Shown piece after piece: positions 50,749 through 62,575 of a stretch of 64,000 nt of DNA. The DNA is taken from NCBI RefSeq assembly GCF_009834535.1, contig NC_045696.1, positions 124,001-188,000 on the forward strand. The letters are read 5' to 3'. The notes beneath the pieces were generated by a model. The model worked only from the letters and a program-made list of their open reading frames with translations, had not been told where the DNA came from and ran no database searches. The stretch comes from Camelus ferus (lineage: Eukaryota). How positions within the stretch are numbered: the stretch's first letter is position 1; every line of letters begins with the position of its first letter. The translations under genes were made by a program, and so were the position numbers.

Positions 50749-51929
50749 TGCAAACAAAATAATAATAGTAATAATAATGTAGGAAACTGCAAATAGGAAA
50801 AGTGTTTATTTGGGTGATGAATTAAGAATTGCATTTGGAAGACACAGATTTGCTGCATCCAGTGCAGCTCAGGACTGTGTCTGAGGACAGGCCATGCAAG
50901 ACTTAAGAAACAAAGAGACAAAGTAAAGAGAAAAGATGGGACCAGGGGACTCAAGTTCTCGTGGATCGAGAATGCCAAAAGCCTGGTTGACATTATATTT
51001 ATTAGGAGTATACAGCTTCAAAAACAAAAAATTGTGATCAAAGAGGTGAGGCTTTAGATATTCCATGCAATAAGCACTAAGTTCTGCTTGCTAAGTGATT
51101 GATTAAGTACAAGCCTATCCCCTCCAGGAACAATCACCCTTCTCAGGGTATATGAGATTTATGAGCCTACCCTGTGATTGTCTCCAGGCCATCTTGAGAT
51201 AGCAAATATTTCCCTCAGGTTAAACAGCATGCTTTCATGCCAGAACAAAGTTCTGTTACTGGATGACCTGGCTTTCCAGGACTATCTATTGTTTACCCTG
51301 AGGAAACATATGCCTTCTTTCATGCCCTTATGGTCAATCTCAGGATTGCTCACCACAAATTTTCTTTAGCATAATATGTGCTATAGGTCATCTACTGCAT
51401 AAAACATTAAAACAAATCAAGCATGTGCATTTTAAGCAAGCAAGTGTGAATACAATGTTTTAAGCTCATGGAAATCTAGGTGTGGCTTGTTTACTAGCTG
51501 CTTGTTATCCAGTGGTTTGTCTTCCATCAGCTTGTTTCCCAGTACAGATTCAGGTAACCCTTAAAGAGTGTTCCAGGTAAGAATAAGAGTACAGAGGCTT
51601 ATAAAGACAGAAGTCCAGGAGGTTGTTAAAAGTTCACTGGCCATAATTGTGATGGACTCTGGTGTGAGTCAGAAAATATTTGTCCTTAAGGAATCATGAG
51701 TTAATTTAGGGTAAGTGTCCAATACATAGACAGACTGTCATGAATTATTTTAAGCCAAGAATACAATAAGTAGATAGGTTACTGGCAGATAGATAAGTTT
51801 CTGGCAGATATTTTGGATGATTTCATCAGGTCAAAACTTAGACTTTCATTCATTCATTCTAAATGGGCTCCTCACTCCATTTTACAGAGCTCTCTTATCA
51901 ATATCAACTCCATGTTGATTTTCCTTTCA
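50749..51929. mobile_element. Composite LTR insertion (outer LTR with a nested LTR at ~50778-51357)
   Basis: TG...CA termini flanked by a TAAGTG direct repeat (50743-50748 and 51930-51935), interrupting L1 GCTAAGTG-ACAGAATCC. The paralogous site at ~59341 is empty. Confidence 0.65.
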
Positions 51930-52569
51930 TAAGTGACAGAATCCAATCTGAAGAGTCTACATATGCATTGTATAACCCAATTTATATGAAATTCAGGAAA
52001 AGGGAAAACTAGGAGGTGGTAAACAGATCATGTGAGAGTTTTGAAATATTCCATGTAATACTTTAGTGATGTACATCTGCCAATATCCATTTGTCTAAAC
52101 CCATAGTTCTCTATGGCCCAGCAAGTCAATTAAGTGATCAAGTAAGTGGTAGTGTCACAGGATAGAATACAGGATGTAAAAAAGAATCTGTATTAGAAAG
52201 GTATGGAAGCACTCACTGACACTGGTGGAGCAAAAGTTGCCAGCCTCAGTAACTGTGGGAATGAACAGAATGTGTAGACTAAAGGGAAAACATACTGCGC
52301 AGAATCTATAAAGTTCCATTCCACAAGGGTAGGAGCTAAGAATGCTGAAACCATTCATCTGGAGTAGAATGAGAAATGAATTGAATGGATGGAAGATGGT
52401 GGGAATGAGGATTCTCACTGTCTAACTGGGAGTTATGGATAAGCAGGGGGAGATGTACACTGTCCATATGATAATGGATCAGGTTGGAGGCATCAGCATA
52501 CACTCGTCTTCACCTTAATATGAATACAAACAGTTCCACATAGAAATCTTTATAATTAGGAGTGTATTC

Positions 52570-53063
52570 TATTGGGGAGGGAGAAATTTCACTTCTTGTG
52601 GCTTTATAATTAGGAGTGTATTCTATTGAGGAGGGAGAAATTTCACTTCTTGTGGCTGGACAAGAGAGCCACAGGAGAAAAAGAAATTTTAATTCCTATA
52701 CACAAAAGTCTCATAGAAATAGGAAGTAAGTAGTAAAACCAGGCAGATTTTATACATCTAGAAAATTATTGAGTTGTTATGAATTGACAGCCCAAAGAAA
52801 TGTAGCTTTGGGGTACTCAATTAATGAAGAATCTTAATAGAGTTTGGGCTTGGGGGTGGTAAGTTAAAGAAGTAAAGTTATGTTTACGTGGGCTTCTGAA
52901 CCTTTCAAGTGACAGATTTATTTCCTGCTTTTAGAGAGATAGAGTGGGAGTCAGAGTGTCCCTCTTCCTTTGGCCATTTTCTAAGTAACTTAAATTTTAA
53001 ACAATCACTATGTAGTTGTGGTAGATTTGAGGGAAGGGGCGGGGAGTTGCTCCCTGAGCAACA
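52570..53063. mobile_element. Solo LTR (ERV1-like) inserted in an L1 3' end
   Basis: Termini TATTG...CAACA (inverted, with TG->TA), flanks ATTC/ATAC as a degenerate 4-bp TSD. Confidence 0.55.
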
Positions 53064-53867
53064 ATACACATAGGTGGGAAAACAGGCATACATTTCCTTG
53101 CATTGTCGGCTGAGGACATTTTCCTCCCATATGTAAGTTCTTAATACCATTCTCTAATAAAAGGACCCAGGACTCTTTGAAGAGATGGCTTATACTAGAA
53201 GTGAGACAGTAAATATATGATTCAGAATAATCTTGAAACTTGTATCAGAATATAAGGAAGTACCAGGGGTGGGGGGACCAAAATATGGAATGATCTCAAA
53301 GGAAACAGGAGCCAATGAAAAGAGGTCTCAATAGCCAAAGCAGGAATAGACAGAGCAACCAAATTCTGCATTGCTGGATTCTAATCAAAGATTAAAATAA
53401 CTATCCATGTGTCCACAGTGATGAAGTTAAATGATGACATAGGTTTTTTGTTATTGTTGTTGTTTTTTTTTAAATAAATGGAATTGAATAGAATTCTCTC
53501 TATGCAGGAGAATTCCTAATAATCAATGGCATCCATCAAGGAGGTGGAGATAAACCCCCATCTCCCGAAATGTAGGTTCCACATAGTGACCTCCTCCTGT
53601 TTAGGTCAGAAGCAAGAAAGGTCTGAGATCCCACTGCTGGGCATGTATCCAGAGCAACACTCAAATGTGAAAAGACACATGCACTAACTGATTTTTTTAC
53701 AACACTGGGCAGCATTAAATTGGGGGGGGGGGATGGTGCCAGGCAATTGTTTATCCAATGAAAATTTTTCATTTCCAAGAGAAATGAAATTGGATCGTTG
53801 CTTCACACCACATACAAAATTAACTCAAGGTACATAAAAAACTTAAATTTAAAGACAGGTAAAGCAA

Positions 53868-54209
53868 CAATCAGCCCTCATCTGCTGAATCCACATTTGC
53901 AGAATCAGCCACCTTCAGATAAAAATAATAATAATAATAATTGGAGAAAGTTCCATAAAGAAAAACTTGAATTTGTTGCATGCCAGAAATGTTTAAATAA
54001 TATTTCATTTTCTTCACAATTACTTACATATCATTTACATTGTATTAGGTTTTATAACTGATCTAGAGGTGATTTAAAGTATACAGGGAGATGTGATTAG
54101 ATTATTTGCAAGTACTACACCATTTTATATAACAGATTTGAGCACCCACAGATTTTAGTATCCACAGGGTGTCCTGGAACCAATACCTCACAGATAGGGA
54201 GGGAAGCCG
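53868..54209 (+). mobile_element. Tigger3-like (GOLEM) MITE inserted in L1
   Basis: Degenerate TIRs CAATCAGCCCTC...GGGAGGGAAGCCG, internal CATTGTATTAGG...ATCTAGAGGTGATTTAAAGTATACAGG...GTCCTGGAACCAAT, ~340 bp. Confidence 0.8.
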
Positions 54210-54229
54210 TATAAACTCTCAAAGAAATA

Positions 54230-55830
54230 GTGGGGATAAGTCATCATGACCTTGGGTTTAGCTATTTTTTTAGATCTGAAAGCAAACACAAGCAAGGAAA
54301 GAAAAAACTAAATTGCCTTTCCTCAAAATTAAAAAACTTTGTACATCAAAGACGCTATCCAGAAAGTGAAATGACCACAAACAAAAATCAAATAAAATAT
54401 TTGCACATTACATAACTAAAAAAATTTTTATCAAGAACTTTTACAACTCATAAAAACACAAAATCCAATTTTTAACATAGTAAAAGGACTTAAATAGACC
54501 CTTCTCTAAACATAAACTTTGAAAAAAATGTGCAGTATATTTCTATACGTATTTACAGGTAATATAATGTATATGTGTGTGGTCAAACTGTAATAATTCT
54601 ACCTAATAAAACTGAAAAAGGAAAAAAAACAGCAAAAATAAATAAAATTAGATTTTTTTTAAAAAAAATTAAATACACCCTTCTCTGAACAAGACAAATA
54701 GTCACCAGGCACATGAAAAGATGTTAAAAAATCAGTCATGATGGAAATGCAAATTAATACCATAATACTGTACCTTTTCAAGCACACTAGAAGCTGTACA
54801 AGCAAGAAAATTAAAAACAACCAATGTTGGTAAAAATGGAGGGAAATGGAAACCTTTAAACATTACTTGAAAAAGTTGACAATGGTACAGCTTATATGTA
54901 CAGTTTGTCATTTCCTCAAAAAGATAAAAATGCAGTTACCTTATGGTTCAGCAATTTCACTCCTAGACATAGAACACAAAGCATTAAAAACAGGTGTTGA
55001 AACAAACAAAAAAAATTGTTTGCAAATATTCATAGCAGCACTATTCACAATGGCCCAAAAAGCAGAACAATTGAAATGTCCATCAAAGGCTAAATAGATT
55101 AACAAACAGGGTATATCCATAAACCGCTCTATGATTCTGCCATATAAAGGAATAAAGTGGTGCAGTCATGGTGGAGAACCACATGGGAGTTCCTCAAAAA
55201 CTTAAACATGGGGTTAACATGTGATCCAACAATTCCACTTCAGTGTATATATACAAAATATTTGAAAGCAGGAACTGGTGTTCAACCACATTCGTAGCAG
55301 CACTAATCACAACAGCAAAAGGTGGAATCAACTCAACTGTCCACCAACGAATGAATGGTTAAACTAAATGTGGTGTATACACAATAGGAAACTACACAGC
55401 CTTAAAAACTAAGGAAATTATGACACATGCTGCAACGTGAATAATTCTTGAAGACACTATGCTAAGTGAAATAAGCCAGACACAGAAGGACAAATATTAT
55501 ATGATTCCACTTACACCAGGTATCCAGATGTCAAATGCAGAGATAGAAAGAATGTCATTGCAAGGAGCTGAAGGAAGTTAGTGCTTACTGGATACAGTGT
55601 TTCACTTGGGGAAAATGATGAAGTTCTGGAGATGGACAGTGAAGTATCTGTACAACAGTGTGAATTTAGTTAATACCTTAGGACTGTGTATTTAAATGGT
55701 TTAAAAGGTAACATTATGTTCTGTATTTTTAATAACAAAGAAAAATGTGAATGAAACACTAATGATACATGTTACATCCTGGTTGAACACTGAAAACATT
55801 CTAAGTGACAGAAGCCACACAGAAGAGGTC
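54230..55830 (+). mobile_element. L1 ORF2 C-terminus/3' UTR fragments, with a younger L1 3' end nested at ~55155-55745
   Basis: GGCACATGAAAAGATG, GAAATGCAAATTAA, AGCAATTTCACTCCTAG, ATAGCAGCACTATTCACAAT. A second series reads TTCCTCAAAAACTTAAAC...GCTAAGTGAAATAAGCCAGACACAGAAGGACAAATATTATATGATTCCACTTA. Confidence 0.85.
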
Positions 55831-56394
55831 AAGATCATACTCATCTTATGCACTTCAAATCCATTAAGATTTTGAAAAAGAGGGAAAGTCTCAATAATAG
55901 TTTCAGAAAAAGAAAACTAGATCAGAATGGAAAAATACATTTCCCTAAGTTGGGGCAATGGGGAAGGTTGAAGTGGGCCTGTGGATGGGATTACAATGTG
56001 GAACCATAAAATTTCTTCATTTGGGGTTTATGTGCTGGTTCCCTGAGAGAGTATCCCAGTTTTAGAGCATTTTGTCAGGTGGTAAATGTGAGTACTTTGT
56101 AATCCTATTTACAGTTTTTTATATGTTTGAAATTACTAGAAAATAAATTACTTTTCAAAACAACCATTGTCAACACCGTGTTGAAAAAGCAGAGAAGACA
56201 TCAGATTTCCCTTATAGAGGCCAACCCTTAACTAGATTCAGTTCACCCAAAGTTCTGATAATAACCACCCTTGTAGGAGTCCACAGGTAATTTAGAGGCC
56301 CTGTAGGAAGATTAGGAGACACTGTGTCTTGGGTGCTGTGGATGACCTGGATGGAGTCCAAACAGGGTGATTTCTGATTTCTAGTTTTCCATAA

Positions 56395-57375
56395 CAAATC
56401 ATCAGAAACCTGTTAGAACTGATGACTGATTTTAGTACAGCTACAAGGAACAAAATCAATAGACAAAAATCAGTTGTCTTTCTACATGAATAATGAGACA
56501 TCATCATACTTACCTGGCAGGGGAGATACCGTGATCATGAAGGTGGTTTTCCCAGGGAGAGGCTTATCCACTGCACCTCGGATGTGCTGACCCCTGCGAT
56601 TTCTCCAAATGTCAGAAAATCGACTGCATAATTTGTGGTAGTGGGGGATGGCATTCGTGCTCTCCCTTAGGAAAATAAACAAATAAATAAATAACGGGAC
56701 ATTATAAAGAGACTTTTTAAAATCCCATTTACAATTGCATTCCCCCCAAAAAACTACCTAGCAATAAATTTAATCAAGGATGTGAAAGATCAGAACACTG
56801 AAAATTCTAAGACACTGAGGAAAGAAACTGAATAGACACAAATAAATGGAAAGATATCCTGTGCTCATGGATGGAAGAATTAATATTGTTAAAACATCCA
56901 TTCTAACCAAAGCAATGTTCAAATTCAAAGCAAACCTGGTCAAATCACTATGCCCTACATCAGAAAATAACAAAACCCTGTAAATTGACTATACTTTAAT
57001 AAAATAAGTTTCAGTGTCATTTTTCACAGAAACAGAACAAACATCCCTACCATTTGTGTGGAAACCCAAAGGACCCTGAACAGCCAGAAGGATTCTGTGA
57101 CAGGAGGACAAGCTGGAGGCATCTCCCTCCCTGACTTCACACAGCATTACAAAACTACAGTCACCAGAACAGTGTGGAATTGGCACAAAAACCAGGACAC
57201 GGACCAGAGGAACAGATAGAGAGCCCACAAATAAACCCAGGGGTATGTGGTCGGTTAAGTCACAAGAAAGGAGCCCGGAACATATGCTTAGGGAAAGGAC
57301 AGTCTCCTCAATAACACTGGGAAAACTGGACACCACACACAAAGGACATGGCACACTCTACACCACACACAAAAA
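56395..57375 (+). mobile_element. L1 ORF2 fragment (paralogue of 48645-49325), interrupted by the U1 retrocopy
   Basis: CAAAATCAATAGACAAAAATCAGTTG, CACAAATAAATGGAAAGATATCCTGTGCTCATGGATGGAAGAATTAATATTGTTAAA, AGAGCCCACAAATAAACCCA. Confidence 0.9.
56506..56669 (+). pseudogene. RNU1: Full-length U1 snRNA processed pseudogene
   Basis: ATACTTACCTGGCAGGGGAGATACC...GACTGCATAATTTGTGGTAGTGGGGG, 164 nt, about 17 differences from human U1 as recalled. A-rich tail at 56671-56689. 16-bp TSD AATAATGAGACATCAT (56489-56504) / AATAACGGGACATTAT (56690-56705). Upstream DNA is L1, not an snRNA promoter. Confidence 0.96.
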
Positions 57376-57959
57376 CTGACTAAAACCCACAGTTCCCCAC
57401 ATCCAGCCCTTCCTCTCCCTGGCCCTCTGAGGAGGGATTCCCCTCAGCAGTCAGCCCCTCACAGGAAAATTCTCACTTTTTCTTCCTCCTCACCCTGCCT
57501 TCAGTGCAGCAACTCCTGTCGGGTCCTGAGGAGATTGGGGTCCCTTCAGCATGGACATAACCCCCTGTTGTCTCAAAGGCCCAGCAGGTCCAGAGGAGAC
57601 GTGGCTCTAGTCAGCTGCGCAGGAAGCCAAATCCTCGGGCTGAACGTGTGTTCCTGCCACAGGTAGGGGAGGCGGGCTCTGGGCCCTGCCGGCCAATGGG
57701 AAAGCACAGGCTCAGCCACCCTCACAGCCAGCGGAAGCTCCACCCAAGGGCAGCTCAGCTCAGTCCACTACACTACGGACAGGAAAGTGTGGAACAAGCA
57801 CCCCTCACAGCTAGGGGCCCCACCCCCCTGAGAAGAGTTCAGCTGAGTCTTTTAAACTGGAAATTCAAGCTAAAATAAAGCCAAATATCCCTAACTTCTC
57901 CAAACAGCTAAGGAACAATTCATTGGAAGCCATATGGAATGAACTGAATGGAAACAGAA

Positions 57960-58720
57960 ACTTTAACACTTACAACAAATTCACTCAAATTTATTCACAC
58001 ACATTTAAAATCCAAAATTGAGTTATAGAGATAAACAGAAGAAAATCTATATGACCTTGCATTTGATAACGTAGATTATGACCTTTGAGTTTTATCACAC
58101 TACACGTAAAGCCAATCCACAAAAAAAGTAAGATTATGGACTTTATAAGATTAAAGACTTCTATTCTGAAAGACCTTATTCAGAAAACCAAGACAAGCCA
58201 TAAAACTGTGAGAAAAATATTTACAAAACACGTATCTGATAAATGATTTGGACTCAAAATATACAAAGAATTCTAAAATAACCCCATAAAAAATGGATAA
58301 AGATCTGGACAGATACCTGATCCAAGAAGACATACAGATCATAAATAAGCACACAAAAATATGCCATCAGGGAATTACTAATTAAAATCAAAAGAGATCA
58401 TGACACACCTGTTAGAACTGCTAAACTCCAAAAATATGACAATCCCATTGCTGGTAGTGAGGAACAACAGAATTCTCCCTCATTGCTGGTGGAATGCATG
58501 GACAGCCACTTCGTAAGACAGGCTGGCAGTTTTTCCCAAAGCTAAACAAGTCTCACCTTGGGATTCAGTAGTCCTGCTTCCAGTATTTAAGCAAGAAAAA
58601 CTATGTCCAAAGACATACTGGGATTCAGTTATGCACAGCAGCTCTGCTCATAATGGCTAAAAACTTGAAATCAGGATGTCCTTCAATAGATGAATGGATA
58701 AGCAATTTGGGGTACATCCA
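57960..58720 (+). mobile_element. L1 ORF2 3' region fragment
   Basis: GACAAGCCATAAAACTGTGAGAAAATATTTACAAAACACGTATCTGATAAA, CAAGAAGACATACAGAT, GATGTCCTTCAATAGATGAATGGATAAGC. Confidence 0.85.
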
Positions 58721-59259
58721 TGTCAAAAAGAACAGAATAAGGCACCCCAAAATAGGCTTCTTTGTCATAAGGATTAATTTAGTCTAATTTTAAAAAATAA
58801 TCTTAGAAAACTGAGTGGATGTTGCCCTTTTGTAAGTGGCATTTACATTTATTAGGAAAATCTACATTTGTAAGTGTGTCCCTCTTTGTACCAGAAATAG
58901 AAGGCTGATTAAACCTTAACTAACTCTTATCAATAGAGAAGTCTTGACTTAAGTCTGCATAACAAACACACCTTTGTTTACTGAGCTTTCATGGTAACCC
59001 ACCATAAATGACTTCCTCCCTCCCCAAGGCCTTGCTTTTGTTTTAAACTAAAGATCATATTTAAGGTGATGTCTTTGGCCATTTCTGGGGGGGGGAGGGG
59101 GCTCAGTTTTCCTGGGTATCTTCCCGGTATACTGGAGGTATATGTGTTATTGAACTTGTTTCTTTCTCCCGATAATCTGTCTTATCGGGGGGGGGGGGCT
59201 GGGAGGTCTCATCCAAGAGCCTAGAAGGATAGAGGGAAAACTGGTTTTACTCTCATATA
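58721..59259 (+). mobile_element. Solo ERV1-like LTR (paralogue of 50129-50657)
   Basis: Colinear with 50129-50657 (CACCCCAAAATAGG, GTTGCCCTTTTGT, TATTTAAGGTGATG, CCTAGAAGG-TAGAGG); inserted in L1 GGTACATCCA^TGCAATGGAATAC. Confidence 0.75.
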
Positions 59260-59786
59260 CATGCAATGGAATACTACTTAGCAATAAAAATAAAACCATC
59301 AACCCACAGAAAGACATGGGCAAATCTTACTTGTATGTTACTAACTGAAAGAATCCAGTCTGAGGAGGCTGCACACAGTAGGACCCTATTTAGGACAATT
59401 ATGGAAAAGGCAAAACTACACACATAAGCAGATAATGGGGTGGGGGTGAAGGGTTGAAGTGTTCCTTGTGATAATTTAGGTTGTGTCACTATGAGTATGT
59501 CTAAGTCCATACATTTGTACAGCCCAAAGGTCAATCATAATCTATTCAAATTTAGTTGATTAGGGTGTAGGAGTGTTGCAGAATGGAACACACAAAGTGA
59601 CAGAATCTAACTATTAGAAATGGGTGGAAGGTAGAGGGCAAGTCAGTAGAGGGCAAGAGGTGCTGACCTAGATTAACTTTTGAAATGTACAGAATCATTT
59701 TGCAAAGGCAAAATGGACTATTGTTAAACTGTGGGCTTTAATTTATAAAATTCTTTCTGGGGTGTAGTAGCTAACAGTTCTAAAAC

Positions 59787-60430
59787 TGAGACAGGAGGGA
59801 AAGGGGCAGGGCACAGCCATTCAAGGAGTGACAGCAATTAACACCAAAATGGTGGAAGACTCAACTCCCACGTGGCCTTGAGGATTAAGTTGGCAGGAGG
59901 TTTGACTTCTAGTAGACTTTGAGTTTCATTATATGCTCATTGAAATAGCATGATAAATAACATGTCCACAGGAGCCATGACAGTCCCAAGGCTAACCACA
60001 AAAGGCCAAAGAATGGGTGGTGGCCCAATACCTGTGAATCCCAGCCCCTTCCCTAAGGTAGTTGGAATGGTCCCACCTGTAGGCATGTGAAGCTACAGAG
60101 CCCATAAAAGCTGGCAACACCATGCCTAGCAGCCATTTTTTGCTCCCTCCTCTTTGGAGACGGCCCACACTCTGTCTATGGAGTGTGTACCTCCTTTTAC
60201 TTTAACCTGAGCACCCAATTCCCACAGCTCTTTCCTTGCCTTTCTCTTGCCTTACACTCTATGCAGTATGTACCTCTCTAAATAAATCTACCTTTACTCA
60301 ACTGTGGCTTGCACTTGAATTCTTTCCTGCATGAAGCCAAGGACCCACACTTGGCAGGGCACATCCCAGGGACTCAACCAAAATCTGGGACATGGCCTTC
60401 CTCACACCCCACATCCATTTTCCTGCATCA
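59787..60430 (+). mobile_element. ERV1-like LTR
   Basis: Starts TGAGACAGG, CATAAAA TATA-like at ~60103, AATAAA at 60281, U5-like GAATTCTTTCCTGCATGAAGCCAAGGACC, ends TTCCTGCATCA. No matching TSD seen; right boundary tentative. Confidence 0.75.
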
Positions 60431-61665
60431 TCTCGGGGAGCTTTTCCTACAAGGGTCTGTTGGGAGAGGAAGGGATGAAAGAGCTGGGAGCTGGTGGACA
60501 AACCCTCACCAAGCACCTCTCACTTGGGCCATTTAGGAACACAAAGGGCCTCATTCCTGACTGAGGAGGCTGTCCTGGAAGGGGGCATTCCTGAGACCCA
60601 CTTTCATCCTCAGCTTTGGGGTCAGGGTCATGGTGGGGGGCCCTTCACCCAGCACGTGTCTCCAGCTGACACTCTGGACATCTGATACATCAAAAGCCAC
60701 CTACAAGGCGATCCTCCTATGAAGACCTCTGAGAGGCAAGTCAGAATGGGGTAAAGTGGGCTGGAAGGAATAGGAGCACGCCTTACCAAGGATGCCATCC
60801 TGGGTCCTTCCAAGGGCCAAGGTCTCAGGGGATTCCAGCTGCTGGACCCAGTCCCTTCCACTGCTCTCATTGACCCCCTTCCTTCAGCCTCTACACAGTG
60901 ATAAACAAGTTTCTTAACACATCAGGGATTCAAGGAGTTCTCATTGACCACCCAGGGGCATACAGTTTTTGCCTAGGCCCTGGTCCTCCAGGTGTGCAGT
61001 GCTGAGCAGGCATCATGGGGGCCCCCACAGAAGTGTAGGGGGCGACACTGGACTGGACTTGTTCCATTATCCAATTTTGGACATCTCCTGAGCAGCCACC
61101 ATGAACCAGGCCCCAGGCCAGTCACTGGGGATGGGGAGGCAGAAATCCCTCTGTGCTCAGACAGAGGATTGCCTGGGAGAGGGACCACAGTGGGACCACG
61201 GACCCCAGACGCACCCCCAACCAAAACCCTGAGCACTGACTCAGACCTCTAACCACACCAGACCCCACCCATTCCCAGAACACCCAGGGCTGAGGTCCAT
61301 AACATGGGAGCATATCTCCTCAAGAAAACAGACCTGGGAGTGCCCTTGCCCCCGATGCAGCCCCAAAGTGCCCAGAAACCCCACATGCCCTAGTGGAAGG
61401 TTTTCACCCAAACAGGTGAACAGATCCGCAGGCTGGAGTTGGGGATAAGCCCAGAAAATCACACCCAGTGGTGGAAATGATGAGATGCCCAGACCTTTGT
61501 GAGCAGCTATCCCCTCCCATGAGTCCTCTCCCTGGACCCCTGGACCCTGGAGCACTGCCAGGGCTGGCAAGAAGAGCTGGGCTGAAAGCTTCTCTTTGCC
61601 TTGTAGTTGATCATCTCTTTCTCACACATGTTGGGGAGTCTTGGAAAGAAATGATGATTCTGTGA

Positions 61666-62575
61666 TATGGGAGCACAAACTTGGGTTAACAAACTTTGAT
61701 ATGGTAATCATTGCTTTTACCAGATCATATTCCCACCTTTATGTATCCTCACCTTTACATAAACACGTAAGAAATGTATAATCAAAACCAATGCTTTCTA
61801 TATTTCTCATTATACTGCTACTTCAAAGCAAAATGTCCAAAAGCATAAAAGGCTAAACTCTAGATACAAGTCAACACCTTATCTATGGAATTTAGGTTAC
61901 ATTGCCTTGAAGCTGCTTTGCCAGCAGGAATCTGCTACAAACTGTCTCCTTGCCATAAAAAGCAGAGACATGCTTTGCCTAGTTTGAGGTCATAGATTCA
62001 GGGCTGCTTGTGCTCATGGAAAACCATAACTTGTCCCCTGCGCTAACCAGCAGGACATGCTTCGCTCATCAGGCACAGGTGGATCGTGTGGGCTGCTCTT
62101 GCTCATAGAAGACGGTGACTTAGCCCTTAGCTGGGGACAGCTGGGCTGCTTCGTGTGCTTAGACGATTTCTGATTGTAGTATGGAGACTTTGTGGTGGTC
62201 TGGGTTTTCATTATTAATTATTTGGAACACTGTAACCTTGCTCATGATTGTTTGAGGCTTAAAGTAACCATTTGTACTATCAATATTGTAACCTTCTCCC
62301 TAAGTATAAATTAAGATTATAATCTCTTTTTTTTCACAAGCTGAAACTGCTGAGCTGCATCCCTGCACATACACCATGCCCTTTATTCATTCCTATGACG
62401 TATTTTACTTTGACTCTCTGTTTGATTATTCTCAATAAATACAAGGGCTTGGGAGGGCTTGGAGAGTTGGGCTCCAGGTCCCTCTCACTCTCTTGACTTA
62501 ATAAAGTCTTGAGTAATTTTGTTCTTCCGCAGTGGGACTTTTGCTGGACAAAACCCACAATGAACAGAACCCACA
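61666..62575 (+). mobile_element. Solo ERVK/class II-like LTR (910 bp)
   Basis: Termini TATGGG...CCCACA (inverted repeat with TG->TA), perfect 6-bp TSD CTGTGA (61660-61665 and 62576-62581), AATAAA at ~62434 and ~62500. Confidence 0.75.

Larger units (their letters stand above)
48040..52350 (+). repeat. Copy 1 of an ancient local duplication (partner 55810-59786)
   Basis: Colinear shared anchors including non-repeat DNA: GAAAGTCTCA...CAGAAAAAGAAAAC, TGTGAGTACTTT, TATAGAGGCCAA, TGTGGATGACCTGGA, GCATGGACATAACCCC, AGCCAAATATC, plus the same L1 pieces and the same LTR. Confidence 0.85.
55810..59786 (+). repeat. Copy 2 of the ancient local duplication (partner 48040-52350)
   Basis: Same ordered anchors as copy 1; similarity stops at the LTR beginning at 59787. 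Confidence 0.85.

Noticed and set aside
61380..61460. Minus-strand peptide PQLQPADLFTCLGENLP resembling a KRAB-B box
   Set aside because: Only a short partial resemblance, with no EPW motif, no convincing splice sites and no KRAB-A exon found.
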